Part shown: piece by piece, positions 9,891 through 20,907 of the stretch
Layout of the letters: the number at the start of each line of letters is the position of its first letter
Numbering within the stretch: position 1 is the first letter of the stretch
Program-made: the position numbers and the translations under genes
NCBI GenBank assembly: GCA_031409655.1
Contig: JANNXQ010000107.1
Span: 1 to 64,000, forward strand
DNA from: Chthoniobacteraceae bacterium
GTDB taxonomy: Bacteria; Verrucomicrobiota; Verrucomicrobiia; Chthoniobacterales; Chthoniobacteraceae
Length of the DNA stretch: 64,000 nucleotides
Reading direction: 5' to 3'
Notes under the pieces: model-generated
Databases searched by the model: none
What the model saw: only the letters and a program-made list of their open reading frames with translations
Told to the model about the DNA's origin: nothing

Positions 9891-11971
9891 GGGGAAACGG
9901 CGAGAACTGCGCGTGGAGCGGGATCCGTGCTGAGAGGTGGGGGGGGAGAAATCGGCAACTCGAGGGTGAAGACCGCGCCGGCTCCGCGACCTTCGCTCTC
10001 CAGGCGGAGAACACCCCCCAATTCCCGCGCGGCGACGGCGCAACTATGCAGGCCAAATCCGTGGCCGTCCTTTTTCGTGGTGAAGCCGTGGCTGAAGACG
10101 CGCGGAAGATTTTCCGGAAGGATGCCCTCGCCATTGTCACGCACCGCGATCCGCAACTGACCCTCGTCGCCCTCGTCGATCGTGAGCGTGAGCACCTTCC
10201 GCTCCGATTCGTGCGCATCCATGGACTGCCGGGCGTTGCAGATGAGATTGACGAGGATTTGCAGGACCTTGTGCCGATCCGTCGAAATCATCGGGACGGC
10301 TGCGAAGGCGCGGACAATTTCGATACCGTGATGAGCGGACGAAGCGGTGCCCATGCGCAGCGCGTCCTCGACGAGGGTGGCCGCCTCGATTCGCTCCGTG
10401 CCGCCGGAGCGCGTGGCAAAGCTTTGCTGTGCGGCGACGATGTCGCGGATGTGCGCGACGTTTTTCACCAGCGCGCTCGCCTCGTCGCGGATCGCGCTCT
10501 GCTCGTCGCGCAATGACTCTGCAAGCCGACCGAGCAGCGCTGGCACCAGACGCCCGCGCGGGTCCGTAGTGAGGAATTCCGCAAGGCCGCCGTTGAGCGA
10601 CTGCAGGAGCGCGGCGACTTCCGCGAGGCTGCTGGCCTGCGAGGCGCGCAGCCGTTCACTGATCACGCTGGTCGAGACGTTCACGCTATTGAGAACATTG
10701 CCGACATTGTGCAGGACGCCGGTGGCGACTTCGGCCATGCCGGCCTTGCGCGAGCTCTCGACCAGCGCGCGATGCGTGGCTTCGAGTTCGTCCGCAGCGG
10801 CCTTCTCGGCGGTGATGTCGAGGAAGACTCCGCGCAGGAGCGAAGGCTCGCCTTTTTCATCGCACAGAATCGCGGCGCTTTCGCGAATCCACACCGTGCG
10901 TTCGTCCGCGGCGAGCATCCGGTAGTCGCAGCGGTAGGGGCGCTTGCCTGTCACTTTCTGCGCGCAGAAGTCGCCAGCCCATGCGTCCTCCGGATGCAGA
11001 TGGGCCTGCCAGAAAGACGGCGCCGCCATCCACTGTTCCGGCGTGCAGCCGAGGATGCGCTCGCATTGCCGACTCACAAAAGTAAAGCGGTGACCACGCA
11101 CTTCACACTCCCAGACGATGCCGTCGATGGAGTTCACGAGCGTCTCCAGCTTGCGTTTTTCGAGCTCCAGCGCCTCCTGCTGCCGCTGCCGCGCCGCGAG
11201 ATCGCGCACCGTGATCTGGTGCGCCGCCTCGCCGCTCAGTCCTGCGGCCAGCAGCAGCAGTACACCCAGGAGACCGATGGTCGTGAGCCGCGCCCGCTTC
11301 ATCGCCGCGACCCATTCGGAGGCGTGGAAGTCCACGCCGAGGATGGCGTCGATCTTCCCACCTTTGCCGCGCATCGGCACCACCGCGCTCACCCAGGTGC
11401 CCCAGCGATCGGTGTAAATTTTTTCCTCAAAGCACGGCTCTCCGCTCGCGTAGGCCCGCGCGACGGCGGGGAAGGCGTCATACACTTCGCCGATCGGCGT
11501 GCGCTGCTCCCGCTCGCCCTCGAAGCGTCCATCGTGGTCGTAGTCCGTCTCCGAATCCACCACGAGGACGGTGCGTCCGTCGGGCAGCGTGCGCATCGTG
11601 TAGATGTCGTTGATCGAAGGATTCGCGGCCAGCCAGCGTTTGAGGGCTTCGATCATTTCCAGATAACCCGCGTCGTTCGGATCGGTCCCAAGCGTCACAT
11701 TCTCGTGACTCATGCGTTCGAGTTCTCGCGCGTAAGTGGGCGCGTAACCTTCGACCATCCGCTGCATCCGCAATCGCTCGCGCTGCCCCGCCGCCTCGGT
11801 CGCAATCCATCCCGCACCGAGCAGCACGAGGAGCAGGGGCCAACCCCAGCGCGCCAGCCGCCGATGCCGCCAGAAGCAGCGGTGAAGAAACGCGAAGATC
11901 CCGAGCATCAGTCCCGCGAAAACGGCGTAATCCAACTGTGTCCCGGCGACAAAGTTGACGAGCGCGTTCAC
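9887..11971 (-). CDS. Membrane sensor histidine kinase (extracytoplasmic Cache-like domain, PAS, HisKA, HATPase)
   Basis: N-terminal TMs, YTDRWGTWVSAVVP sensor segment, PAS (FTFVSRQCERILG..HLHPED), H-box VLHNVGNVLNSVNV, G2 box GHGFGLH; GTG start. Confidence 0.88.
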   Translation of the reverse strand: MNALVNFVAGTQLDYAVFAGLMLGIFAFLHRCFWRHRRLARWGWPLLLVLLGAGWIATEAAGQRERLRMQRMVEGYAPTYARELERMSHENVTLGTDPNDAGYLEMIEALKRWLAANPSINDIYTMRTLPDGRTVLVVDSETDYDHDGRFEGEREQRTPIGEVYDAFPAVARAYASGEPCFEEKIYTDRWGTWVSAVVPMRGKGGKIDAILGVDFHASEWVAAMKRARLTTIGLLGVLLLLAAGLSGEAAHQITVRDLAARQRQQEALELEKRKLETLVNSIDGIVWECEVRGHRFTFVSRQCERILGCTPEQWMAAPSFWQAHLHPEDAWAGDFCAQKVTGKRPYRCDYRMLAADERTVWIRESAAILCDEKGEPSLLRGVFLDITAEKAAADELEATHRALVESSRKAGMAEVATGVLHNVGNVLNSVNVSTSVISERLRASQASSLAEVAALLQSLNGGLAEFLTTDPRGRLVPALLGRLAESLRDEQSAIRDEASALVKNVAHIRDIVAAQQSFATRSGGTERIEAATLVEDALRMGTASSAHHGIEIVRAFAAVPMISTDRHKVLQILVNLICNARQSMDAHESERKVLTLTIDEGDEGQLRIAVRDNGEGILPENLPRVFSHGFTTKKDGHGFGLHSCAVAARELGGVLRLESEGRGAGAVFTLELPISPPPPLSTDPAPRAVLAVSP

Positions 11972-12018
11972 TTACCCGCCGACCTAGCAGGACACGCGCC
12001 ACTCCGGGCGCCCGGTAC

Positions 12019-13232
<1,214 letters not shown>

Positions 13233-13236
<4 letters not shown>

Positions 13237-14114
13237 GACAGCCCGGTGAAGAAGCGCAGGTAGAAAAACATGAGCGGCGCGGTGAAGAGGATGGAGTCGA
13301 TGAGATCGAGCGCACCGCCAATGCCGGGCAGGAAACGGCCCGAGTCTTTCACATCGGCGCTGCGTTTCACGATGGACTCCGCGAGATCGCCGATGATCGC
13401 CGCAAAGCCGAGCCCGAGGCCGAGGATGACCGCGTGCGTCTGATTCAGATACGAAAGCCGCGGGCCCATGATCGCGAGCAGGCCACAACCGCCGGCGGTC
13501 GAGAAAGCGAGGGCGCCGAAGAATCCCTCCCACGTCTTCTTCGGCGAGATGTGGGGGACGAGCGGGTGTTTGCCGATGAGCGAGCCGGTGACGTAGGCGC
13601 CCATGTCGCTGAACTTCGTCACGACCACGAGCCACAGCACGTAGAAATGTCCGGTGACGTGGCCCATCTCATCGCGCGGGAGGAGATAGACGATCTTCGT
13701 CACGAAAGAGAAAAGCCACGGCACGTAGAAGAGCCCGAAGACCGTGAGCGCCATGGTCTCCAGCGGGAGGATGTCGTGCTTTTTCATGAACATCTGCCGC
13801 GCGAAAATCACGAGCATGAGCATGAGCAGGGCGCCGACTTCAAAGTCGTAAGTGCGTGCCGGGCCAACCTGGCTGAGCCAGTAGAAGCTCCCGAAGCTCA
13901 GCACCGCGCCGCAGAGCATGCCGATGATCTTGAAGTTCGGCAGCTTCCGGTGATCGAGCATCGTGTAATACTCCCAGAGCCCGACGAGCCCGAGTCCGGC
14001 GATGAGCACGAAGAAGCCCGGCTCGTAACCCGCGAAGATGATCCACAGCGCGAGCGACCAGAGCGCGACCGAGCTGCCGAGGCGGCGGAGGAATACGCGG
14101 GTTTTGTCGGTCAT
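13233..14114 (-). CDS. cdsA: Phosphatidate cytidylyltransferase
   Basis: SDMGAYVTG..IGKH..ISPKKTWEG, GDLAESIVKR...KDSG..LPGIGGALDLIDS; TGA overlaps the dxr ATG. Confidence 0.93.
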
Positions 14115-14166
14115 GCGGCGGGCTGCGGGGAGAATCGGGACCGCACCGCGGGATGGCAAGCTCCGG

Positions 14167-14257
14167 GGAAAGGATGAAGGCGGAAGGATGAAGGATGAAG
14201 AAGTGCGCGCGCCGCGCCCATTCACTTCATCCCTCATCCTTCCGCCTTCATCCTTCC
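14167..14257. repeat. Inverted heptamer-repeat palindrome (GGATGAA)n ... (TTCATCC)n
   Basis: aggatgaaggcggaaggatgaaggatgaag versus cttcatccctcatccttccgccttcatcct; abuts the stop at 14258-14260. Confidence 0.9.
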
Positions 14258-15376
14258 TCAGAGCGTCGGCAGGACGATCTCCACGGTCGTGCCGGTGCCG
14301 ACGGTACTTTGCAGGGACATGAAGCCGCCGTGGGCTTCCACCACACTCTTCGCGATGGCCATGCCGAGGCCGGTGCCGTGCGATTTTCCGTGCGTCACAA
14401 AGGGCTCGAAAATTTTTGCCTGCAACTCGGGCGCGATGCCGCAGCCGGTGTCGCTCACGGTGAAGAGCGCGCGACCTTCGGCGACCCGCAGGCCGAGGCG
14501 CAGCAGGCCCCCGTGGGGCATCGCTTCCACGGAGTTTTTGATCACGTTCAGCAGCACCCGCACGAAGCGGCGCACATCCACCATGGCTTCGCCGCATGGG
14601 TGCAACTCGCGGACGAGGTGCACATTCTCCGGAACCATGCGCACGAGCTGCGTGTCGAGTTCCTCGAGCACGGCTTTCAGTGGGCGCCGATCCGCCTGCA
14701 GACTGCTCTGGCCGCGGGCAAAATCGAGGAGCTCCTGGACCATGTCCGTCATGCTTTCGACGGACTTTTCCATAATGTTCGTGAAGCTGCGGATCGAGGG
14801 ATCGTCGGTGCGCTTGTCGATGAGCGACGTACACATCTTCAGCGCGTGGATCGGGTTCTTCAGGTCGTGGATGATGCTATTCGCCATCGTGCCGACGAGG
14901 CTCAGGCGCTCGCTGCGCATGAGCTCGGTGATGAAGTGCGAATTGATCCCGCGCAACCGCTCGACCACCGAGCGGAGGAAATTCATGTGCAGATCGCGCG
15001 GCGCATTATCGAGGATGCGGGCAAAGGATGCGGCGTCGATGCGGCCGAGCACCGAGGACTCGGCAGCGGCGGCATTCGCGGAGCGCGGCTGGCCGTCGAT
15101 GAGCGCCATCTCGCCAAAGAAATTTCCCGGCTGGATGAAACCGAGCGTCTCCTGCTTGCCGCCGCGTCCCGCTTTGGAAATGCGGACGCTGCCTTCGACC
15201 ACGAGGTACAGACAATCGCCGGCGTCACCTTCACTGAAGATCGCGTCGTCCGCGTCGAACCGCAGCAGATCGACATCCGTGCCGATGTCGTTGATCAGCT
15301 CCGTCGGGATGCCGGCGAAGAGCTTGTTGCGCTGGAGTTGCGCGGCGTCGGGCGGGGTGTCGAGGTGGGCGATCAT
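14258..15376 (-). CDS. Cyclic-nucleotide-binding domain sensor histidine kinase (soluble)
   Basis: IFSEGDAGDCLYLVVEGSV..FFGEMALIDGQPRSANA cNMP domain; IIHDLKNP H-box; FEPFVTHGKSHGTGLGM. Confidence 0.9.
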   Translation of the reverse strand: MIAHLDTPPDAAQLQRNKLFAGIPTELINDIGTDVDLLRFDADDAIFSEGDAGDCLYLVVEGSVRISKAGRGGKQETLGFIQPGNFFGEMALIDGQPRSANAAAAESSVLGRIDAASFARILDNAPRDLHMNFLRSVVERLRGINSHFITELMRSERLSLVGTMANSIIHDLKNPIHALKMCTSLIDKRTDDPSIRSFTNIMEKSVESMTDMVQELLDFARGQSSLQADRRPLKAVLEELDTQLVRMVPENVHLVRELHPCGEAMVDVRRFVRVLLNVIKNSVEAMPHGGLLRLGLRVAEGRALFTVSDTGCGIAPELQAKIFEPFVTHGKSHGTGLGMAIAKSVVEAHGGFMSLQSTVGTGTTVEIVLPTL

Positions 15377-15390
15377 GGCGAGGTGCGAGT

Positions 15391-17751
15391 TTAGTAGGCG
15401 GGCTTGCTGCTGAATTTTGTGGTGGTAGCGCCCGCGCCGCCGAACTGGCCGCTCGTCGAGCCGTTGCCGCCGGAGCCGGAGTAGTTCGCTTTGTCGGTGT
15501 AAACTTTGGCCGCCGCGCTGCCGCCGACGGTGACGGTCTTTCCGTTGTCGATCGTCACGGTCTTGCCGGCGATGATCTTGGCACCGGCGCCGCCGAGGGT
15601 GACGTCGTCATCGAAGCGCACCTTACCATTGGTCGTGCCGCCGTAGAGCTTGAGGGTGGTGTCGGCGTTGATCGTGCCGCCGCCGATCAGGAGCTGCCCG
15701 TTCGCGCCGATCGCGCCAATCTTCACGGTGCTGCCGCGGATGTCGGCATTGCGCAGTTCGATTAGCCCGCTCGCTCCCGAGTTCTTGAGTTCCACAGTGC
15801 CGCGGTCGGCTTGAAGGCGACCGCCGTTTACACCGATTTTGCCACCGCTGGAGGTGATCCTGATCGTCCCCCCAGGGCCCGCCGCGGCGGCGTCGAGCAG
15901 CGAAAGAAGCTGGCCGCTGTTCGTGATCTCGATCGCGGGGCCGCTCGTTTTCCTGCTCGCGAGGGTGATGCTGCCGCCCCGAGCGCTGGCTACGCCTGGC
16001 GCGGAATCGGAGACTTTGATCGTGCTCGCAACCTTGATCCTGGCGGCCGAGATGGCACTGACGCTGCCGCCATTGCCGCCCGTCGGCGTGCCCGTGCCGT
16101 TTGCGCCAGAGGAAACATTGATCGGCGCACCAAAATCGACGTTGCCCGGGATCGCTTTCAAAATTGAGCCGATCCAGAGGCTGCCTCCGTTCCCGCCAGC
16201 TCCGGTCACCGCAGCGCCGCCCATCATATTCGCGCCGTTGATGCCGGTCGCGGAGAAGTCGATCACTGGTGCGTAAAGATAGGTGAGATAGCCACCAGCG
16301 TGCGGGTTCGTGGTCAGCGTGCCGTTCGCGCCCGGGAAGCTCAGGCCATTGCCCGCAGCGATGGAGGCCGCGGAGATGGTGTAGGGCAGGGTGCCCGTGA
16401 CGAAACCCCCGCTCGTCGTGATCGCGCCCACGGCCGTGAGGCCGCCAGTCACCGTGGTGAAATTGCTCACGATGAGATCGGTTGGCGAGGTGACGTTAAC
16501 CGGCGCCGGTGGAGTCGTCGGAGTGGGAGTCGGGGTCGGAGTCGGAGTCGGGGTCGGGGTCGTTGGCGTGGTCGCAGCGGTCCCACCGCTGCCGCTGTTG
16601 ACGATCGACTGGATAACACTGCTTCCAGTGCCAGTGCCGGTGCCGGTGCCGGTGCCAGATCCAGAGCCGGACGCAGACGCTTGCGGGCTGCCGCCAGAGG
16701 CGATGGTATTGACCACGTTTGAGACACTCTGCGCAGCGGTAGCACCTGCGGGCGCCGCACTGCGGGCGGAAGTCATACCGGCGCTCGCGATGCCAGCGAA
16801 GGCGCTCCGGGCATCGCTGGCCGTGGATTCGTCGGACCAGACGGCGCTCGCGGAGGCGTCGCCGCTCGACTCGAGTGCATCATCCTCCGCGGCTGTCCGG
16901 GACCGGCGATGGGTAGTGGCCTGGGCCATGAGGAGGGGCGGTGTCCCCGCACTCCCGCTGCTGGCGGCGCGCTTTTCCAGATCGGCCATCGCTTCGTCGG
17001 AGGCGGCGATGACGCTGGTGCCATTGCCGGCGATCACGAGATTGGTCGGCACGAGTCCCTTGGCCGCGATCCGGGTGCCCTGCAGGGCGATTTCCTGGTC
17101 GATGAGCGCCAGGCTCGGGAGCGGTGCCACGTTGGCCCGCGTCTTGCCTTTGAAGAGCTGCGCATCCACCAGCGCCGAAGTCTTCACGACCTTGCGGAGG
17201 TCCACATCCACCGGGTTTGGCAAGGTCTTCGCATTCGCCTCCATGATGATCATCTTGCCGGGAGTAAGCTTGATCGACTCGCCGAAGCGCCCGTTCACGG
17301 AAAGCCGCAGGCTGCCTTCGAGCACGAGCACCTTCACGTGTTTGCCTGGCTCATTCTCAATCATGATCGTGGTGCCCGTGATCGACGCCGTCACCGAGGC
17401 GGTGCGGATGCGCGCCCCGCCGCGATTTTTCGGCACCTGGAGGAGCATCGTGCCCTTTTCCAGGGAGAGATCCCGGGTGCCGGCTTTGAAGCTAAAGAAA
17501 GTCTCCGCGCCGAGGCGGGTGAGGGTGGCGTCCTGAAAAAGGAGTTCGGCCCGCGACTGGATGCCGGTGCGCACCGCGACCTGATCGCGCACGGTGTCCT
17601 GTACGACTGCCGGACGCGCGCCCTTCTGCGGATCGATGACCTTCACGTCATTGACGATCTGGTTGATCTTCGCCTCCTGGAGCGGGCCGGCGAGGAGCGT
17701 GCCGATGCTGCCGAGGAGGATGACGCCGACGAGGAGAGAGGTGTTTTTCAT
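15391..17751 (-). CDS. Secreted FecR-domain protein with S/G/T- and Pro-Thr-rich linker and Gly-rich beta-helix-like C-terminus
   Basis: Signal peptide; VRTGIQSRAELLFQDATLTRLG..ARIRTASVTASITGT..VLVLEGSL FecR-like; TPTPTPTP linker; GGNGG-rich tail. Confidence 0.8.
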   Translation of the reverse strand: MKNTSLLVGVILLGSIGTLLAGPLQEAKINQIVNDVKVIDPQKGARPAVVQDTVRDQVAVRTGIQSRAELLFQDATLTRLGAETFFSFKAGTRDLSLEKGTMLLQVPKNRGGARIRTASVTASITGTTIMIENEPGKHVKVLVLEGSLRLSVNGRFGESIKLTPGKMIIMEANAKTLPNPVDVDLRKVVKTSALVDAQLFKGKTRANVAPLPSLALIDQEIALQGTRIAAKGLVPTNLVIAGNGTSVIAASDEAMADLEKRAASSGSAGTPPLLMAQATTHRRSRTAAEDDALESSGDASASAVWSDESTASDARSAFAGIASAGMTSARSAAPAGATAAQSVSNVVNTIASGGSPQASASGSGSGTGTGTGTGTGSSVIQSIVNSGSGGTAATTPTTPTPTPTPTPTPTPTTPPAPVNVTSPTDLIVSNFTTVTGGLTAVGAITTSGGFVTGTLPYTISAASIAAGNGLSFPGANGTLTTNPHAGGYLTYLYAPVIDFSATGINGANMMGGAAVTGAGGNGGSLWIGSILKAIPGNVDFGAPINVSSGANGTGTPTGGNGGSVSAISAARIKVASTIKVSDSAPGVASARGGSITLASRKTSGPAIEITNSGQLLSLLDAAAAGPGGTIRITSSGGKIGVNGGRLQADRGTVELKNSGASGLIELRNADIRGSTVKIGAIGANGQLLIGGGTINADTTLKLYGGTTNGKVRFDDDVTLGGAGAKIIAGKTVTIDNGKTVTVGGSAAAKVYTDKANYSGSGGNGSTSGQFGGAGATTTKFSSKPAY
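16511..16660 (-). repeat. Coding hexamer repeats (Pro-Thr and Gly-Thr linkers)
   Basis: GGAGTC/GGGGTC and GCCGGT tandem units within the FecR protein. Confidence 0.85.
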
Positions 17752-17840
17752 TGCTGATTTTGGGTGCAGTGAAAGGTGAGCACCTCCAGTGCCGAGGTTA
17801 TGGTTATTCTACTCCGCCCCGTAATTCGTGGCCGCCACCC

Positions 17841-18779
17841 TCAGAAGCGCAGCGAAAACTGCAGCCCGACGCCCGCATTCAGCACATCGTAGTCGAACGC
17901 CGATCGGTTCGATCGGTTAAATCCGAGAAACGAACTCGCAGAAATGGCCGCCCACTCGACCGGCGCGTAGCGGAGCGACAAGGAGATGGAGTGGTTATCG
18001 TCACGCCGACCGTCCCCCTGCCGATAGACGAAGTAGCCGTAGCGATAGCCGAGATCGGCCCCGAGCTGCTCGGTGACCTGGAGGTGGTAGCCGGCAAAGG
18101 CCACATATTCATCCCGTCCTGGCTCCTGCGGCTCCGCCCAGGTCCACTGGGCGCTGGCCCCGAAGAAGACCGCGTGGGCGCGGGAGAAAGGGATCACCTT
18201 CTGGATGCCGAGCAGGGCCGCGTGGCTTTGGAAGATCTCCTCCTGCCCCTCCGCCGTGCTGAGGTGATTGTACAAATAGCGAACCGAGACTTCCGCCCCA
18301 CGCAGCACCGGCGGCGACCACACCACCCCGCCCGTCGCATCCACGCTCTGGAAGTCGAGTTCGCGATACTCCGCATATTTGTACAGGGCCGTCCGCAGCC
18401 CGGCTTCAAAGCGCAGGTCGTAGCCGAGGCGCTGGGTGAAGGCCGCACCGGCCGAGGCGACGAGGAATTTGTCCTCGAGCAGATCGCGTTTTGCGAGGGC
18501 GACGTTGTTCGTGAAAAAGGCGGACACTTCGGCAAAGGCCGTAAAGGGCTTCGGGCGCTCCTGGCGCTTGAAGAAGACCTGCGCGCCAAAGGCATCGTCG
18601 GGCGCCTGCCCGGAGTCGGGCAGGGAAAGATCCGGCGCCGGCTCCGCGGGCCGACTCAGCGGCGGGGGTGGCAGGGGAAACTGCCGCGCTTGATCGATCC
18701 GCACGTCCGCCGAGGGCCCCTGCGCAAGTGCGCGGAGAGTCAAACCCGCGAGTACGCTGTAGAGGGCGAGGCGAAACAT
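17841..18779 (-). CDS. Probable outer-membrane beta-barrel protein
   Basis: Signal peptide, Pro-rich linker, alternating aromatic/hydrophobic strands, C-terminal AGVGLQFSLRF ending in Phe. Confidence 0.75.
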   Translation of the reverse strand: MFRLALYSVLAGLTLRALAQGPSADVRIDQARQFPLPPPPLSRPAEPAPDLSLPDSGQAPDDAFGAQVFFKRQERPKPFTAFAEVSAFFTNNVALAKRDLLEDKFLVASAGAAFTQRLGYDLRFEAGLRTALYKYAEYRELDFQSVDATGGVVWSPPVLRGAEVSVRYLYNHLSTAEGQEEIFQSHAALLGIQKVIPFSRAHAVFFGASAQWTWAEPQEPGRDEYVAFAGYHLQVTEQLGADLGYRYGYFVYRQGDGRRDDNHSISLSLRYAPVEWAAISASSFLGFNRSNRSAFDYDVLNAGVGLQFSLRF

Positions 18780-18828
18780 TCAACCGTGAAAGAGCAGAGG
18801 TCAGGCCAGTGTTCGGGGGAGGGTTGCT

Positions 18829-18908
18829 GGTTGAGAGTTGAGAGCCCCGGGCAATTCGGTCGCAAAGGAGTTTTCAAAACGGCCACCTGCGGCTCTCAAC
18901 TCTCAACC
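18829..18908. repeat. Inverted heptamer repeat (GTTGAGA)2 ... (TCTCAAC)2 in a divergent intergenic region
   Basis: Perfect 18-bp IR ggttgagagttgagagcc / ggctctcaactctcaacc. Confidence 0.88.
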
Positions 18909-18951
18909 CTCCACTTCCCCCCCGGCACATTTCCCGCTGAACCGCAGCTTC

Positions 18952-20907
18952 ATGCCGCGCCATGGCGCCACCTCACATCTGGTCATTTTCGGCGTGCTCA
19001 CTCTGGGGTTGGCCTGGTTGCAGTTTGCCGGCTTCATCCCGCTGGAGCGCGTGGAACTGGCCTTGCAGGATGGCCTCGCGCAAGTCGCGCGCAAGGCGCC
19101 GGCCGATCCGCGGCTGGTCTTCCTCGCGGTCGATACCGCCTCAGCCAGCCTCGATCCGGAGACGGATCTCGGCAAGCTCTGGGACTTGCAGAACGCGACG
19201 GACGAGGAGCGCCGGGCGCTCGAGATGATGGCGCACCACTGGCCGTGGTCGCGCGAAGTCCACAGCCTCGTCCTCGAGCGCCTGGTGCAAGCCGGCGCGC
19301 GGGCCGTGGCCTTCGACTTCACCTTTCCAAAACCGTCGCCGAATGACGCCCCTTTCGCCGCGAGCCTGGAACGAAACCGCGCCCATGTGGTCGTCGCCGG
19401 AAATCTCACGGAGGACACCAGTCTCGCGATTGAGGGCGGGCTGCCCTCCTTCAGTGCGCCCTCGGCGTCGCTGATTCCCGAGACCTCGCCGCGCGATCCG
19501 CGCATCGGTTTCGACAACTTCCGCATGGATCAAGACGGCGTCATCCGGCGCGCCAACTACCGCTGGGCGCTCGAGCACGGCGCCTGGAGCGGCGACGAAG
19601 AACTCTCCCTCGCCGCCCGCACGCTTGATCGCGCGGGCTTCGCAGCAAAAGTTCCGGCGACCCACGAAGCCCTGCGCCTGCGTTTCGCCGGCCCGCCAGG
19701 CACCTTCCCGGCGCGCTCGATCTTCGAACTCTTCGTCCCGGACTTCTGGCGGCAAAATTACGCCGGCGGCGCATTTTTCCGCGACAAGATCGTGATCATC
19801 GGCGCCGCCGGAAACTGGCAGCACGACGAACACCGCTCGCCCTTTGCCATGATGCCCGGCGCGGAACTGCATCTGAACGCCGTGAACGCCGCGCTCCACG
19901 GCGCCTTCATCCACGAAGTCTCGCGGCCCGCCCAGGCGCTGCTCGTCTTCGCCGCGGCCGTCCTCGCCGGCCTCGCCCGCCGCTGGGTGCGGGCGCCCCA
20001 ACTGCGTTTCGTCGTCCTCCTGCTCGGCACCGCCGCGTGGGGCGCACTGGCCTTCGTGCTTTTCGATCGCGCGGATCTCGCCATCCCGTCCTTCGGCCCG
20101 CTCCTTGCCTACAATCTCAATGGCATCGGCGGCCTCGCGCTGGACATCGTGCTCGAGCGCCGCGAGAAGGCGCAGATCCGCCGCACCCTCGAGCGCTACG
20201 TCTCGCGCAATGTCGTCGAGGAACTCATCGACAGCCCCGATCAATTCAACCGCGCGCTCGGCGGCGATCTGCGGCAGGTCACCGTCCTCTTTTCCGACAT
20301 CCGCAATTTCTCCCGCGCCGCCGCGACCATGGATTCACGCGCCCTCGTCGCGCAGCTCAATGAATACTTTGCCGCGATGGTCGAGTGCGTCTTCCGCTAC
20401 GGCGGCACGCTCGACAAATTCATCGGCGACGCCGTCATGGCAGTGTGGGGCAACACCCGCAGCAATGGCCCCGCCGCCGACGCCGCGAACGCGGTGCGCT
20501 GCGCCATGGCGATGCGCGAAGCACTCGAAAAGCTCAACGCCCACTGGATCTCGGAAGGCCGGACGGCGCTGCGCTTCGGCATCGGTCTCAACTCCGGCGA
20601 AGTCGTCGTCGGCAACATCGGCTCGCCGCATCGGATGGAATTCACCGTCATCGGCGATGCCGTGAACATCGCGTGGAGGCTGCAGGAGAAGACGAAGCAC
20701 GGCCCGACGATCCTGATGGGTGAAAGTGTCGCCGAGCTGCTCGACGAAGAATTCCGCATCATCGAATGCGGCGAACTGGATCTCTCGGATCACGAGCCCG
20801 TACGCTACTCGCGGCTCGCGACGGAGGAGGAAATTCTCCGGGTTCAGCGTCCCGCTTTCGAAGCGCAAAAGCCCGGTGCGGATCGCCTTGTCGCCAGCCC
20901 GCGCTGA
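18952..20907 (+). CDS. CHASE2-domain class III adenylate/guanylate cyclase
   Basis: WPWSREVH..AGARAVAFDFTF, DQDGVIRR, FRDKIVIIGA, MPGAELH (CHASE2); three TMs; TVLFSDIRNFS, LDKFIGDAVMA, FTVIGDAVNIAWRL. Confidence 0.92.
   Translation: MPRHGATSHLVIFGVLTLGLAWLQFAGFIPLERVELALQDGLAQVARKAPADPRLVFLAVDTASASLDPETDLGKLWDLQNATDEERRALEMMAHHWPWSREVHSLVLERLVQAGARAVAFDFTFPKPSPNDAPFAASLERNRAHVVVAGNLTEDTSLAIEGGLPSFSAPSASLIPETSPRDPRIGFDNFRMDQDGVIRRANYRWALEHGAWSGDEELSLAARTLDRAGFAAKVPATHEALRLRFAGPPGTFPARSIFELFVPDFWRQNYAGGAFFRDKIVIIGAAGNWQHDEHRSPFAMMPGAELHLNAVNAALHGAFIHEVSRPAQALLVFAAAVLAGLARRWVRAPQLRFVVLLLGTAAWGALAFVLFDRADLAIPSFGPLLAYNLNGIGGLALDIVLERREKAQIRRTLERYVSRNVVEELIDSPDQFNRALGGDLRQVTVLFSDIRNFSRAAATMDSRALVAQLNEYFAAMVECVFRYGGTLDKFIGDAVMAVWGNTRSNGPAADAANAVRCAMAMREALEKLNAHWISEGRTALRFGIGLNSGEVVVGNIGSPHRMEFTVIGDAVNIAWRLQEKTKHGPTILMGESVAELLDEEFRIIECGELDLSDHEPVRYSRLATEEEILRVQRPAFEAQKPGADRLVASPR

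Noticed and set aside
4828..10160. Long + strand ORFs (881 aa, 1051 aa) opposite the kinases
   Set aside because: Antisense shadows of high-GC genes with no recognisable motifs; the same holds for 26-1174, 1460-2356, 2780-3646 and similar ORFs.
13237..13635. Long N-terminal extension of dxr
   Set aside because: It overlaps cdsA; the ATG at 13236 in an ATGA overlap directly precedes the Rossmann motif.
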